Positions 18,126 through 28,972 of a stretch of 64,000 nucleotides of DNA are shown one piece after another (position 1 is the stretch's first letter; every line of letters begins with the position of its first letter). Source of the DNA: an uncultured Verrucomicrobiae bacterium (GTDB lineage Bacteria; Verrucomicrobiota; Verrucomicrobiia; Limisphaerales; J093); NCBI GenBank assembly GCA_963846445.1, contig CAWJWM010000015.1:20043-84042 (forward strand). Reading direction: 5' to 3'. The position numbers were made by a program, and so were the translations under genes. The notes below the pieces were generated by a model, which made no database searches, was not told the DNA's origin, and worked only from the letters and a program-made list of their open reading frames with translations.

Positions 18126-21100
18126 TCACCGGGCCGGAATTGGGTGGCGCCCGCAGGCTGGTGAGACTGCGTGAGGTCTGGTTGCCAATGCACACTGATA
18201 CTCAACGGTGGTTCGGCCCAACGTGAGCGAGGTGCGCTTACCAGGTGACGGCAACGTGCTGCTCTCGACCGCGAGCAGGGCCGGACCCGACGGCCAGGCC
18301 GAGTCGTTGTAGCCGGACAGGTACCAACCCGTGCCTTCGAGGTTGGCGGTCTGGTTGTACTTCCACGTTGCGCCGAGCGAAAGCAGGTCGACGGTGGTCG
18401 TGGCCAAGGTGCAGTCGCCCAGGGCGGTACCCGGATTTCCGCCGCCGGGCGTCGGCTGAGCGAATGCGGTGAACCTATCTGCGCCATTCGGTGAGCGTCC
18501 TTCCGAAACGTCTGTCCGCTGCGCGCCGTAGTTGATCGCGTCAATCAGCTCCAACTCGGTCGAGTAGAGGAGAATGACGCCGACGTCAGGCGAGAGCTTG
18601 AAGCTGAGGTGATCCGCGCCCTGCTCCGGATCGCTATCTGCAACGAACTCGGCGTAGCCCTTGCCGGCGATGAAACTGAGCGGGGCGACAGGATGCCGCT
18701 TCGGCTCGCCCGCGGCGTCCGAGAGGAACAGGCCGCCCAGCGCCACCGGGATGGGATCGGGATTGTGGAGTTCGAGGAAATCGTTGCGCGCCACGAACTG
18801 GGCGTCGGCGAGCCATTCGTTAATCCGCAGGGTGTGCGGATCGCCTGTGAGCTGCGGCAGGTTCGCTCCGCCGAAGATCGGTTGGCAGAGTCCCCAAACG
18901 CCCTCGGTCAACCGCCCGAGGGTGTTGTTGATCAGCGTGTAGAAATTGCCCTGCTTGGCGGTGACCGCGTTGTCGCAGTCGAAGAACAGATTCCCGACGA
19001 TCGTAATCTCTGAGGCATTGCCGCCATTGCCGCCGCCCGAGACCGCAGCCGAACTGTCCGGCGCGCCATTGCGGTGGACATGCAGGAAGATGTTCCCCTC
19101 GATCCAAGCATCGGTGCCATCTAGATCCAGGATGTCGTCCGTCGAGCCGACGAAAACATTGTTGTAGAACTGGATGATGGGTTGCCCCGGGCGGTTTCCC
19201 CCGGTGAAGTCCACGATGTCGCTGTAGCCAATGCTGGAGCCGAAGTAACTGTCGCGCACGATGCCGCGGCCCCCGGTCCTGATGCCGCCCGTGCCATGCA
19301 GCGGCTCGACGGCTGCCGTCGTGGCCGGGAAGTAACAATGACTGATGACGAACGAACTGTCGTCGAGGTCCAGGTACCGATGGCTGGTTGTACCGAAGGT
19401 GGCGTGATCGAGATGGAGCGTGCCGCCGGCGACCTCGATGCAGGTGGTGCCATTCCCTTCAAAATGCGCGTAGGCGATGCGTGTCTCAGGCGAGCCGACG
19501 ACGCCATTGATGGTGAGACCGCCCCAACTCCCCGTCGCGCCCGGCAGGACCGTGAACCGGATCGGCGCCGTCACGGTGCCCTCCGCGACCAAGCGACCGC
19601 CGTTGGCGACGGTCATATCGACCCCCGAACCGAAATACACCGTCGTGCCCGGCTCGATCGTGAGTGTCACTCCGCCGCTCACCGCAAGGTCGGCGGTGAC
19701 GCTGTAAGGCCCGCCTGCCGCAGTCCAAGTCGTGTTGGCCGCAATCGCGCCGCTGATGGTCTGTACCGAACCGTCGTCGTACCAGACGTCGAGCGTCGTC
19801 CTTTCGACTTCGCGATCCCCGTCGCCCAACGCCTGCACGAGCACGCGATTCAGACCGGGGTGGAGGTCGACGCTGTCGTTTGTCCAGGCGGCCTGCCAAG
19901 CGGTCCACTGCGCAGTGCTGCCGTTGATCAACACCCGGCGCGTGTCGATCGCGTTGCCCTGCCCGGAGAGCGCAATCGTCGCGTTGGTGGTCCGGGGATA
20001 CCCATTGACGACGGAAAGACGATGCGCGACGGTGAGCGCCCGCGGGAACTGGGAGAGGACATAGGCGACGTGGTTCGAGTTGAAGGCCTTCACGTTCGAG
20101 ATCGTGCCCGCATCCACGTAACTCGCCAGGAGATGGTCGAGCAGTGGGTTCATGTGTGCGGGCGCGAAGGTCGTCTCGGCCAAGGCTTCGAGGTGCTTGA
20201 AATACAGGGGCACAAACTCCGAACGCTTCATGAAACGATCGATCACCGCGACGTTGGTCATCCGCCAGATGCCGTCGGCGCAGGTCGTCGTCCGCAAGCC
20301 GCGTCCCATCACTGCATCCAAGTCGTAAGGCAGGAGCAGGAACCGGGTGTCGTTGGTGCCGCGATACAGTGCGAAGTCGTCCCCTTCGCCGATGCCCAGG
20401 CTCGCCTCCTGGTTGTCGAGCAGCGTGTTGACGGCAAAGTACTTCATCCACTCGTCGACGTTGACGACGCTCTGGACGTCGCTCATGTAGGTGTTATCGG
20501 GCGCGTGATTGAGCAGGTCGAGCAGGTGAATGAAGTCGGACCAATCGTTGGCGGCGGCGTTGTTCTCCTTGGCGTAGGCGTTGGTGTAACTTGTGTAGGA
20601 TGACCCATGCCACGCCAGGTCAGCCTCGGAATTGATGCCGGGAATCATGTCCCGGATCCCGCGATACAGATTGCCCTTGTCATCAAGTGGGAACTGGCGC
20701 TGCACCAGCCGGTCGTCCACCACTTCGTTGGCGACGTAGGAACCGAACTGCTCCTGGTCTGGCTTGGCGAGGTTGAGTCGCATTCACGCGCACCTGGACA
20801 GGGCGTGAGTCCGCCGTCGGGATGCCGAGTCGGCGGAACACGGCGCTGCCCAGGTGTTGTGAGTGGGTGTAGTGCGTGTTGAGGTTGATCCCGAAACGGC
20901 CTTTCCAGATTCGATCTTTCGGAAAGCCGACGTGGAAATTGTGGGGGACAGAGTTCCGCGTGCCATGCCCGCGGTTGCGAAAGTCGCATTGGTAGCGCAG
21001 GTGCGTAGTCGTGCCGCCGTCCAGCACACCATCAGTGCTGACAAACGTGCCATTCACCACGGCATCGCTCGACGGTTCATCACCCCAGATCTCGGTCGAG

Positions 21101-22066
21101 AGGTAGTCGTACTCCGCCTGCGTCACGATCAAGCGGAACAGGGATTGGTCGCCGGCATAGACCGAATTGTCCACCTGGTAGGCGAGATTCGCCGTGCGCG
21201 CCCCCCCGGAGGGCTGCACGTTCGGATAGTTCCGCGTATGGCCGTCGGCATCCCGGGCCGTGAGGGAGAACTCGATGATCGTTCCGTTCGCGTGTGGCGG
21301 CAGAATCACGCCATACAAGCCGTCGCCCACCACCCCGTCCCCGTGAGCCCCATCGTCGAACATCAATGCGGTGGTGAACGGAGCGGCGCCGTCGACGCGC
21401 CAACTCAGACTCACCATCAGGCCGTCTGGGTCGTTCGTCCACCAGCCGTGCGGTGACAGTCACCGGGGCGGTCGACCGCGGCACGAGAGGCGCGTGCGCC
21501 ACCTCGACGACCAACGGAGCGACGTTCGTGCGCGCGATCGAATTGGCACGACCGGGAGTCCCGCCGATCACACCGCTCGAACCCCAGTTCTGCCCGAACT
21601 CATTCGGCAGATCACGGTTGATAAGTTCCAGCGATTTCCCCAGCCCGTTATGCTCGGCAAACCACTCCCAGCCCTGCCGGTCCAGCCGGTCCAAGGGGCC
21701 AATGCGACGCACCGCCCAGTCACCCTCCGGCGCAAACGCGACGCTGTTAACCAGGTTCCCCCGCGCGTCCTCGATCCTCAATTCTTCGCCGTCGTGACTG
21801 AGCGCGCCCAGCCAGCCGCCGACCAGGTTCGTCACACCTGGATGGCGCACGCCAAACGTGGCGGCATCGGCAGCCACAATCAAGTAAGCTCCTGGCGCAA
21901 GCGATGTGTCGGTCGGGAAGGCGAAGTCGACACCGCGGGTCACCCGCCAGCCAGACAGGTCGATCAGCTCGGTATCGGCGTTGTAAAGCTCGATGTGTTC
22001 GTTTGAGCTGGCTGTCTGGGCCCCGACGGAGGCGACTACTCGAACGCGGTTCTGACCGGCTCGCCA
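18126..22066 (-). CDS. Large LTD - CotH kinase-like - right-handed beta-helix - LTD surface protein, broken into at least 3 frames
   Basis: Three colinear ORFs: 21080..21943 (open to 22066), 20683..21417 and 18126..20783. The first carries a lamin-tail domain (NEHIELYNADTELIDLSGWRVTRGVDFAFP). The second and third carry CotH (YQCDFRNRGHGTRNSVPHNFHVGFP..., DEWMKYFAVNTLLDNQEA, LLPYDLD), a beta-helix and a second LTD (LRINEWLADA...FLELHNPDPIPVALGGLFLSD). Frame switches lie at about 21427 and 20775-20790. There is no start or signal peptide, and the C-terminus looks aberrant. Confidence 0.7.
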
Positions 22067-22224
22067 TCAGGTGAAACCGGCCGCCGCGCGTTCAGGAGCC
22101 AAAGCGTGGTGGCGGTTGTGTGACGGAGTTGGTCTCGAAGGTTATCCGCTGTCTTGGCTTCGCCCGGTTTGAAAGACATCACGTCGCAACTGTGAACGGT
22201 CGAGATGGCCCCCGGATCACAATG

Positions 22225-22244
22225 GAATGACAGTTCTGTCATTC
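22225..22244. promoter_or_regulatory. CusR/CopR-type box (GAATGACAGTTCTGTCATTC)
   Basis: Perfect 20-bp palindrome with core ATGACA-N4-TGTCAT, like the E. coli CusR box AAAATGACAANNTTGTCATTTT. It lies upstream of the OmpR-family heavy-metal response regulator operon. Confidence 0.55.
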
Positions 22245-22620
22245 ACCGTTCATCTCGTTGTCACGGTGAGTGGAGCAATGTAGGCACGTGAACGCCGCTA
22301 TCACGGCAAACGAATTCGCCGGGGACGCAGGCGGGGACGAAGCAAGTCCGGCCGGGTCGAAGGAAGTTCTTCACCCGAAAGAGCCGCCCGTGTGGGGACT
22401 CTACGTCTTGGTCGCGGTGCTGGGAGCCGTCATGTTTTCCATCGATGCGGTCACCGAACGGATTGTGGCTGCCGCCGAAAACTGGAGGCTGGCACCGTAA
22501 AGAATCGGGGCCGGATGAACCTGTGAGGAAAAGGCACGTGTGAAACCGGACTTCGCCTCCACACATCTGACTCCCAGTCCCGCATTGCCGCCGTCCGTGT
22601 CGCCCGCTAATATCGGGATC

Positions 22621-23298
22621 ATGCGCGTGCTCATCGTCGAAGACGAGAGGAAGACCGCCTCGTTTATCCGCAAGGCACTCCAGGCCGAGGGCCACGCGGT
22701 CGACGTGTTGCACGACGGCTCCGTGGCGCTCGCCGCTGTCGGCAACACGCCTTTCGACGTCGTCGTCCTCGACATCATGTTGCCGGGCCGCGACGGTCTG
22801 AGCGTGGTGCGGCTGATGCGAGAGAAGAAGATCGCCACCCCGGTGTTGCTTCTGAGCGCGCGAGGCGAGGTCAGCGAAAGAGTTGAGGGGTTGAACGCGG
22901 GCGCCGACGATTATCTGCCCAAACCGTTTGCCCTCGAGGAACTGGCCGCCCGCGTCCGGGCGTTGGGCCGCCGTCAGACCGACGCCAAATCGCTCATCCT
23001 CTGCGTCGCCGATCTCACGCTCGACTCGGCCACACGCAAAGTGAAACGAGGCGGGACGCCCATTGAACTGGCGCCACGCGAGTACTTGTTGCTGGAATTC
23101 CTCATGCGCTCCGCTGGGCGCATCTGCGGTCGCATGGCCATCGTTGAGAAGGTGTGGGACTACGATTTCGATCCGGGCACCAATCTCGTGGATGTCTACA
23201 TTATGCGCCTGCGCGAGAAGATTGACAGCAACTTCGAACCCAAGCTGCTCCAGACCGTGCGCGGGGTCGGCTACATGCTGAAAGAGCCGTCATCATGA
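22621..23298 (+). CDS. OmpR-family response regulator, heavy-metal (CusR/CopR) type
   Basis: MRVLIVEDERKTASFIRKALQAEGHAVDVLHDG...DVVVLDIMLPGRDGL...ADDYLPKPFALEELAARVRAL...VYIMRLREKID...TVRGVGYML. The start was taken at the internal ATG of ORF 22540..23298. Confidence 0.9.
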   Translation: MRVLIVEDERKTASFIRKALQAEGHAVDVLHDGSVALAAVGNTPFDVVVLDIMLPGRDGLSVVRLMREKKIATPVLLLSARGEVSERVEGLNAGADDYLPKPFALEELAARVRALGRRQTDAKSLILCVADLTLDSATRKVKRGGTPIELAPREYLLLEFLMRSAGRICGRMAIVEKVWDYDFDPGTNLVDVYIMRLREKIDSNFEPKLLQTVRGVGYMLKEPSS

Positions 23299-24402
23299 CG
23301 ATCCACAAGCGGCTGACGCTTTGGATGGGCGGCGTCCTGCTGTTGTCGCTCACCCTGTTGTCCGGGGCGCTGCACTACGAATGGGTCGAACAGCAGCGGC
23401 GCAGGGACCAGAACAAACCACACGAACCCGCTTGGGAGGAAGTCGGGGAAATCGTGCTCGTTCTACGGACTTCCCACCACCCTCTTGTTGTTCATGGGCA
23501 GTTGCTGGTTGCTCCGGAAAGCCCTCGCTCCGGCTACGTGTCTGACCTCGGCGGCGGAGCGCATTCATATCTACAACCTGAAGGAACGTCTTCCCACGAC
23601 AGGCAGCGGTGACGAACTCGACCGGCTCACCGTGGTTTTCAATTCCATGATGACACGGCTCGACGAATCGTTCACTCACATTCGCGATTTCACCCTCAAC
23701 GCCTCGCACGAACTCAAGACGCCACTCACCGTGATGCGCGCCGAAATCGAGACCGCCCTGCGCGATCCCGCTACCCCGCCTGCGCAGCGCGAGATCTATG
23801 CCGATCAGCTCGAACAAATCGCTCACCTCACCAAGATTGTGGATTCGCTGGCGCTCCTCGCCAAGGCGGATGCCGGCGGGCTCGCCCTTGCCCAGGAGCC
23901 TGTCCGGTTCGACGAACTTGTGCGCGACAGCTTCGCCGACGCCCAACTGCTGGGCCGGCCCGGCCTGATCAGCGTCGAATTGCAGGCCTGCGACCCAACA
24001 ACCGTCCGGGGTGACCGTCAGCGGTTGAGGCAACTCCTGCTCAACCTCACCGACAACGCCATCAAGCACAATCAGCCGCACGGCTTTGTGACGATGGCCC
24101 TGCGACACAAGGGCGACATCGTCGAACTGCTGATCGCCAACAGCGGCCCTGGAGTGTCTCCCGAGAACCTGCCGCGTGTGTTTGACCGCTTCTTCCGGGG
24201 CGATCCGGCGCACAGCAAGACCGTGGACGGCTGCGGCCTCGGCTTGGCCATCGCGCAGTGGATCGTCCGGGCTCACGCCGGCAGCATCAATCTGTCCTCC
24301 CATCCCGGCGAGGTCACAACCGTCAGCGTCCAGCTTCCCCTTGCGACCACATCGGAGGGACCTTCTCCTCAACAGTCGCAATCGCTAACACCAAAGGGCT
24401 GA
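23295..24402 (+). CDS. Heavy-metal sensor histidine kinase (CusS-like), frame-shifted between TM1 and TM2
   Basis: ORF 23295..23612 supplies TM1 (LTLWMGGVLLLSLTLLSGAL). ORF 23485..24402 supplies TM2, HAMP, HisKA (ASHELKTPLTVMRAEIE) and HATPase (DNAIKHN..., GCGLGLAIAQWIV). The frame switch is near 23450-23465, and there is a 4-nt overlap with the RR gene. Confidence 0.85.
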
Positions 24403-24549
24403 GGTGAAACGACCATCGAGGAAATCATGCGGGTCTTGGCCGCGGATGCATTGGATCCCTTGGCCGCGTAAGCGTGACCAACATGTCGTCGCTCCTGACC
24501 GAGCGCCGCGCAGCGGCACCGCATCTTTTCGCGACGCAGGAGCGAAAGA

Positions 24550-25809
24550 ATGATGGTCATTCCGCTCGGCGCACTTGCAGCTCTCAGCCTCGCCCTGACG
24601 CTCTGGCAGTGGGTTGAGACACGGCGGTTTCCTTTGCACCGGCGGATAGCCGAGCCGGGATTCGCCCCGCCACTCACACTGCTCAAGCCACTCAGTGGAT
24701 GCGATGCCGAGACGGAAGCCTGCCTGCGCAGTTGGCTGACTCAGGACTACCCGAGAGATGTGCAGATTCTCTTCGGAGTCAGGTCCGACGACGATCCGGC
24801 GGCGGGCGTCGTGCGAAAGCTCGAGGCTGAATTCCCCCGAGCGGACATCAGGTTGGTGGTCTGTCCCCGGCGTCTGGGCGCCAACGCGAAGGTCTCGACG
24901 CTCGCCCAACTCGAAGGCCACGCAGCCCACGCCATCTGGGTGGTGAGTGACGCGGATGTCCACGCGCCGCCGGATCTCTTGCGGAATCTGGTCGCTCCGT
25001 TGAAGGATGCCGGCGTGGGGCTGGTGAACTCGCTCTACGCCCTCGGCCCCCCGCCCGCGATGCGCTGGGAGGCGGTGAGCGTGAACGCCGATTTCTGGGG
25101 CGGCGTGCTGCAGTCACGCCGGCTCGGACCCGTGCGATTCGCTTTGGGCGCCGCGCTGGTGGTGCGGCGCCTGCACGTGCAGAAAGCAGGCGGCTTTGCC
25201 GCACTGGCGAACATGCTGGCCGACGATTTCGAACTGGGTCGCCGCGTGGCCGAACAGAATGCCCGCATCGCCTTATGCCCAGTCGTCGTGACGTGCCGCG
25301 AAGCGCCCCGGGGGTGGACCGCGGTCTGGCGCCATCAGCTCCGTTGGGTTCGGACCATCCGGGTTTGCCGCCCGTGGCCTTACGCGGCCAGCGTGTTGGG
25401 CAACGCCACTGTCTGGCCCCTGCTCTGGACCCTCGCCGATCCGCGTCCGATCGTTTGGACGGGGGCGGCGGCGTGTTTGGCTGTCCGGATGGCAACTGCG
25501 TGGGACAGCCAAAGGCGATTGACCCTGTCCGACGCCCACGGCTGGTGGTTGTGGCTGGTGCCTCTGAAAGACTTGCTGCAGAGCGTGCTCTGGGCCTTGG
25601 CCTTTCTGGGGGAAACCGTCGAGTGGCGCGGGGAACGCTTCCGGGTGCTGCGAACCGGCGAGTTGAGGCCAGCCACGCAGGGGGCACCAGGAGTCAGTGA
25701 ATCCGCGGTTCCACCCTTGGCTCGCCACTCACCTCCCAAACGCGCACTCAACCGACAGACCAAAAAGCAGAGGCGAACACAGGAGACCACCTCGTCGGGT
25801 CGCCGGTGA
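24550..25809 (+). CDS. Family 21 glycosyltransferase (ceramide glucosyltransferase / HpnI-like)
   Basis: 419 aa with an N-terminal TM, PLTLLKPLSGCD, DVQILFGVRSDDDPA, VVSDADV and QLRWVRTIR. The basic C-terminal tail (about the last 50 aa) looks non-native. Confidence 0.7.
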   Translation: MMVIPLGALAALSLALTLWQWVETRRFPLHRRIAEPGFAPPLTLLKPLSGCDAETEACLRSWLTQDYPRDVQILFGVRSDDDPAAGVVRKLEAEFPRADIRLVVCPRRLGANAKVSTLAQLEGHAAHAIWVVSDADVHAPPDLLRNLVAPLKDAGVGLVNSLYALGPPPAMRWEAVSVNADFWGGVLQSRRLGPVRFALGAALVVRRLHVQKAGGFAALANMLADDFELGRRVAEQNARIALCPVVVTCREAPRGWTAVWRHQLRWVRTIRVCRPWPYAASVLGNATVWPLLWTLADPRPIVWTGAAACLAVRMATAWDSQRRLTLSDAHGWWLWLVPLKDLLQSVLWALAFLGETVEWRGERFRVLRTGELRPATQGAPGVSESAVPPLARHSPPKRALNRQTKKQRRTQETTSSGRR

Positions 25810-26071
25810 TGGATGCAGGCGAATGACGATTTCACGAACATCGGCGTTCAGGGAGAAGCTGCGCGCAATGAAGTACTCGACGCCCCCGCCCACATCGACG
25901 GCCGGACCGATCCCCCCCCTCGCGCGTCCAACCCACGCTGCCGGGCTGTTCGTCCTTGATTTCAGCATGGCAAATACCAGCACCTGCATAGACGTAGATG
26001 TTGACGGGACTGACGGGGAATCGGTCTTTCAGCCTGCGCGAGAAAGGGAAGATGAGAATTTCGTTGGGCAT
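25729..26071 (-). CDS. Possible small outer-membrane beta-barrel protein, fragmented
   Basis: Two overlapping frames carry beta-barrel-like strings: VNIYVYAGAGICHAEIK (ORF 25832..26071) and DVGGGVEYFIARSFSLNADVRE (ORF 25729..25989). There is no clean start or signal peptide. Low confidence. Confidence 0.25.
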
Positions 26072-26135
26072 TTTTCTATGGCGTTGCGGCGATCATGCGC
26101 ACCGCTATCGCAGAGGAAACCAGACAACGCGGGGA

Positions 26136-27080
26136 TTACTCATCAACTTGCTCCAGGACTTCGCGGACGATGTAGCGCGGGCGTTGTTGCACGAGCTGAT
26201 ACATGCGCCTGACGTATTCGCCAATCAGCCCGATGCCGACCATCGTGAGGCTGATCAGGAGGAACACGAGTCCCAACAGCGTGAACAGCCCGCCTTCCTC
26301 CGGCCCAAGGACGAGCCGGCGTCCCGCCAGGACGAGAACGAGCACCAGACTGCCGATGGCACAAGCCATCGCCACCAGAGTGAACAACTGCAGCGGTGCG
26401 GTGGTGAAGCCGATGACGAGGTCGAAGCTCAGCCGCATGAGCTTGAAGTAGGAATACTTCGAAGTGCCGGCGGCGCGTTCGGCATGCACCACGGTGACTT
26501 CGCCGGGGTTGGCCGCGAACTTGTAGGCCAGGGCTGGGATGTACAGTGAGCGCTCGTTCGTGCGCACGACGGCGTCCACCACGTGCCGGCGGTAGGCACG
26601 CAGCATACAGCCCTGGTCGGTCATGTGAATGTCCGTAACCCACTCGCGAAAGGAGTTCACTACCCGGGAGGCAAAGCGGCGACAAAGAGAATCCCGGCGA
26701 TGTTCGCGCACGCCACCCAGCGCATCACAACCATCCTCGATCTTCGCCAGCAGTTTGGGGATTTCCTCAGGCGGGTTCTGCAGGTCGGCATCCAGGGTGA
26801 CGATGATCTCGCCGCGCACGCGTTCGAACGCGGCCATGATGGCGGTGTGCTGGCCGAAGTTGCGACTGAAATCCATCACCCGCACCTGCCGCGGCCGCTG
26901 CAGATGAAAGCCGCGTAGGAGTTCGAGCGAACGATCGCGGCTGCCATCGTTGACGAAGATCACTTCCCAGGACTTGCCCGTCCCGTCGAGCGTCTTGGTC
27001 AGGCGCGTGAAGAGCGGGCTGAGGTTGGCTTCCTCGTTGAAGACAGGGATGACGACGCTGAGGTAAACCGGTTTCACCAC
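26136..27080 (-). CDS. GT2 polyprenyl-phosphate glycosyltransferase (ArnC / DPM1-like)
   Basis: 314 aa with LSVVIPVFNEEANL, VIFVNDGSRDRS, TLDADLQNPPEEIP and two C-terminal TM helices. Confidence 0.85.
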   Translation of the reverse strand: MVKPVYLSVVIPVFNEEANLSPLFTRLTKTLDGTGKSWEVIFVNDGSRDRSLELLRGFHLQRPRQVRVMDFSRNFGQHTAIMAAFERVRGEIIVTLDADLQNPPEEIPKLLAKIEDGCDALGGVREHRRDSLCRRFASRVVNSFREWVTDIHMTDQGCMLRAYRRHVVDAVVRTNERSLYIPALAYKFAANPGEVTVVHAERAAGTSKYSYFKLMRLSFDLVIGFTTAPLQLFTLVAMACAIGSLVLVLVLAGRRLVLGPEEGGLFTLLGLVFLLISLTMVGIGLIGEYVRRMYQLVQQRPRYIVREVLEQVDE

Positions 27081-27730
27081 TTGCGCTTGTTAAGGCAGGC
27101 GACGGCCTCATTGATGGCGCCGCGGCTGAGCGACGGCCGTGAGAACGGCAGACACGGCTCGGGATTCGCAGGATGACTCTGCGGTGAACTACGCCCAGTC
27201 CCAAGCGGACTCCATGTGTCCGGCTGGTTGCTCAGGAGGACAAAGTTGCGGTTGGCGAACACGACATGCGCGTGCCAGTCTGGGTTCTGCTCACTGTATC
27301 TGTGATAGCGTATGGTGGTCATCACGGCGTAGGCGCGTTGGGGGCTTTTCCATAGCGCCTGGAAGGCGGCCTTGTCCAGGTAACGATCCGCGTGATTCTC
27401 GATGCGCAGCCCGAAGTCCTGCTCGAAGTGTCCCGCCGGCGGGGTGTAGTCCGCCACACCAACAAGGCGGTCAAGGTAAACCGGTAGATCCTGGAGGTAA
27501 TGATTCAACGAAAACACTGGCGTGTCGGCCTGGAGGCACGACTTGAGCTGCTGGCACAGCGCTTTGGCGGATGGGCGCATTGGCGCGGCGAGCGGATTGA
27601 ACAAAACCATCAAAACCGCGGCGCACAACACGGGCGCCAGCAGGCGGCGCCGCCAGTCGCGGGCGCTGGCAAAACGGTAGGCCACCGTCGCGCTGGCGAA
27701 CAACCCCACCGCCAGCGGCCCCACCAGCAT
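27074..27730 (-). CDS. C-terminal part (TM + periplasmic domain) of, or partner to, the ArnT-like GT39 protein
   Basis: 218-aa ORF whose ATG directly follows, in the same frame, the TAG stop (27731-27733) of the upstream GT39 ORF. It has an N-terminal TM and then a soluble domain. Confidence 0.55.
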   Translation of the reverse strand: MLVGPLAVGLFASATVAYRFASARDWRRRLLAPVLCAAVLMVLFNPLAAPMRPSAKALCQQLKSCLQADTPVFSLNHYLQDLPVYLDRLVGVADYTPPAGHFEQDFGLRIENHADRYLDKAAFQALWKSPQRAYAVMTTIRYHRYSEQNPDWHAHVVFANRNFVLLSNQPDTWSPLGTGRSSPQSHPANPEPCLPFSRPSLSRGAINEAVACLNKRKW

Positions 27731-28969
27731 CTACTTGGGCTGGTCCGTCGCCCAATCCCGCCGCACGAGCAGGATTGGCCCCACCACGGCCAGCGTGGCG
27801 GTCATCACACCCAGGCTGAGGAGTGCGCCGCGCAGCGAGGTGCGTTCGGTTTGTTCCACCACGCGCCCGAGGAACCGTTCGAGCAACAGCGCGAGCGCAG
27901 GATAGGCCGGCAGGATGTAAGGAATGAGCTTCGACTGCGAGGCGGAGAAAAAGAGCAGAACGAACAACGCCCAGATCCCGCAGAACCACTCCGCGTGGCG
28001 CTCCTGACGATGCTGCCACGCGCCGGCGAAAGCACTCTTCAAAGCCTGCGGCAGGAAGGTTACCCACGGAAACAAACCGGCTGGCAGCACGACGAAATAG
28101 TACCAGAACGGTTCGGTCCGCCGGTGAATCGTCGTCAGATATCGCAGCACCTGTTGATGAACGATGTAGTACCAGAGAAAGCCCTGCCCCTCGATGCGGG
28201 TCGAGAAGAAGCTGGGGCTGGCGGCCTGGGGAGGTGTGGCGCGTGCCGCCAGGACATGCCATGGGATTGTGACGGCGAGAAACAACGGCACGCCGAGCCA
28301 CAAGTAGAGCGGGAGCAACCGCCGCCACTGGTTCATCAGCAGCGTCCAGAGAAACACGATCGCGCCGGGCACGAGGAATCCGATGAACCCCTTGGCAAGT
28401 GTGGCCAGCCCCAGGCAAAGATAGACACCCAGCAGGAGACACAGCCGCGTGCGCCCGGCTGCTTCCCGCATCCCCAGCAGGAACAGGCAGAGGGCGGCGC
28501 TGCTCAGAGCCGAGACCGCCATGTCGAGAATGAGCACCTGGCTGAGCCCGAACCACAGCAGACAGGTGGCCAAGACGATGGCGGCAGCCAGCCCCGCCGC
28601 GCGTCCGAACAGGTTTCGTCCAGTCGCATACACGACCAAGCAAGTAATGAGCCCGAACAAAGCCGGCCAGAAGCGCAGGGCGCCTTCATGCGGCCCGACA
28701 ACCCGGATGGTCAGTGCGCTCATCCAATAGCAGAGCGGTGGTTTATCGAAATAGAGCACGCCGTTGAGCCGCGGCGTCACCCAATCTCCGCTGGCCGCCA
28801 TTTCGCGCGCAATCTCCGCGTAGCGCGCCTCGTCGGGTGAGGCCAGCGGTCTCACCCAGAGGGTGGCGAAATAGAACAGGCCGATGCCCAGCCCAAGCCA
28901 GAGCAGGTCACGGCGCCAGCCGGCGCATCGGGGGCCCGACACGGCAGCAGTGAATCCGAATTCACGCAT
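27731..28969 (-). CDS. GT39 / PMT_2 family glycosyltransferase (ArnT-like), membrane core
   Basis: 412 aa and polytopic. Motif LASPDEARYAEIAREMAASGDWVTPRLNGVLYFDKPPLCYWM is the ArnT/PMT loop-1 signature. Confidence 0.8.
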   Translation of the reverse strand: MREFGFTAAVSGPRCAGWRRDLLWLGLGIGLFYFATLWVRPLASPDEARYAEIAREMAASGDWVTPRLNGVLYFDKPPLCYWMSALTIRVVGPHEGALRFWPALFGLITCLVVYATGRNLFGRAAGLAAAIVLATCLLWFGLSQVLILDMAVSALSSAALCLFLLGMREAAGRTRLCLLLGVYLCLGLATLAKGFIGFLVPGAIVFLWTLLMNQWRRLLPLYLWLGVPLFLAVTIPWHVLAARATPPQAASPSFFSTRIEGQGFLWYYIVHQQVLRYLTTIHRRTEPFWYYFVVLPAGLFPWVTFLPQALKSAFAGAWQHRQERHAEWFCGIWALFVLLFFSASQSKLIPYILPAYPALALLLERFLGRVVEQTERTSLRGALLSLGVMTATLAVVGPILLVRRDWATDQPK

Positions 28970-28972
28970 GGA

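Noticed and set aside
22270-22500. 76-aa ORF with one hydrophobic helix between the CusR box and the response-regulator gene
   Set aside because: It has a GTG start, no recognisable motif or metal-binding residues, and no RBS. It might be a real small membrane protein of the operon, but I cannot support that from sequence alone.
27731-27733. In-frame TAG as possible stop-codon recoding (for example pyrrolysine)
   Set aside because: TAG is used as an ordinary stop elsewhere, for example in exbB at 39554-39556, and no pyl genes are seen. An ATG directly follows, so a split gene or a point error is the simpler explanation.
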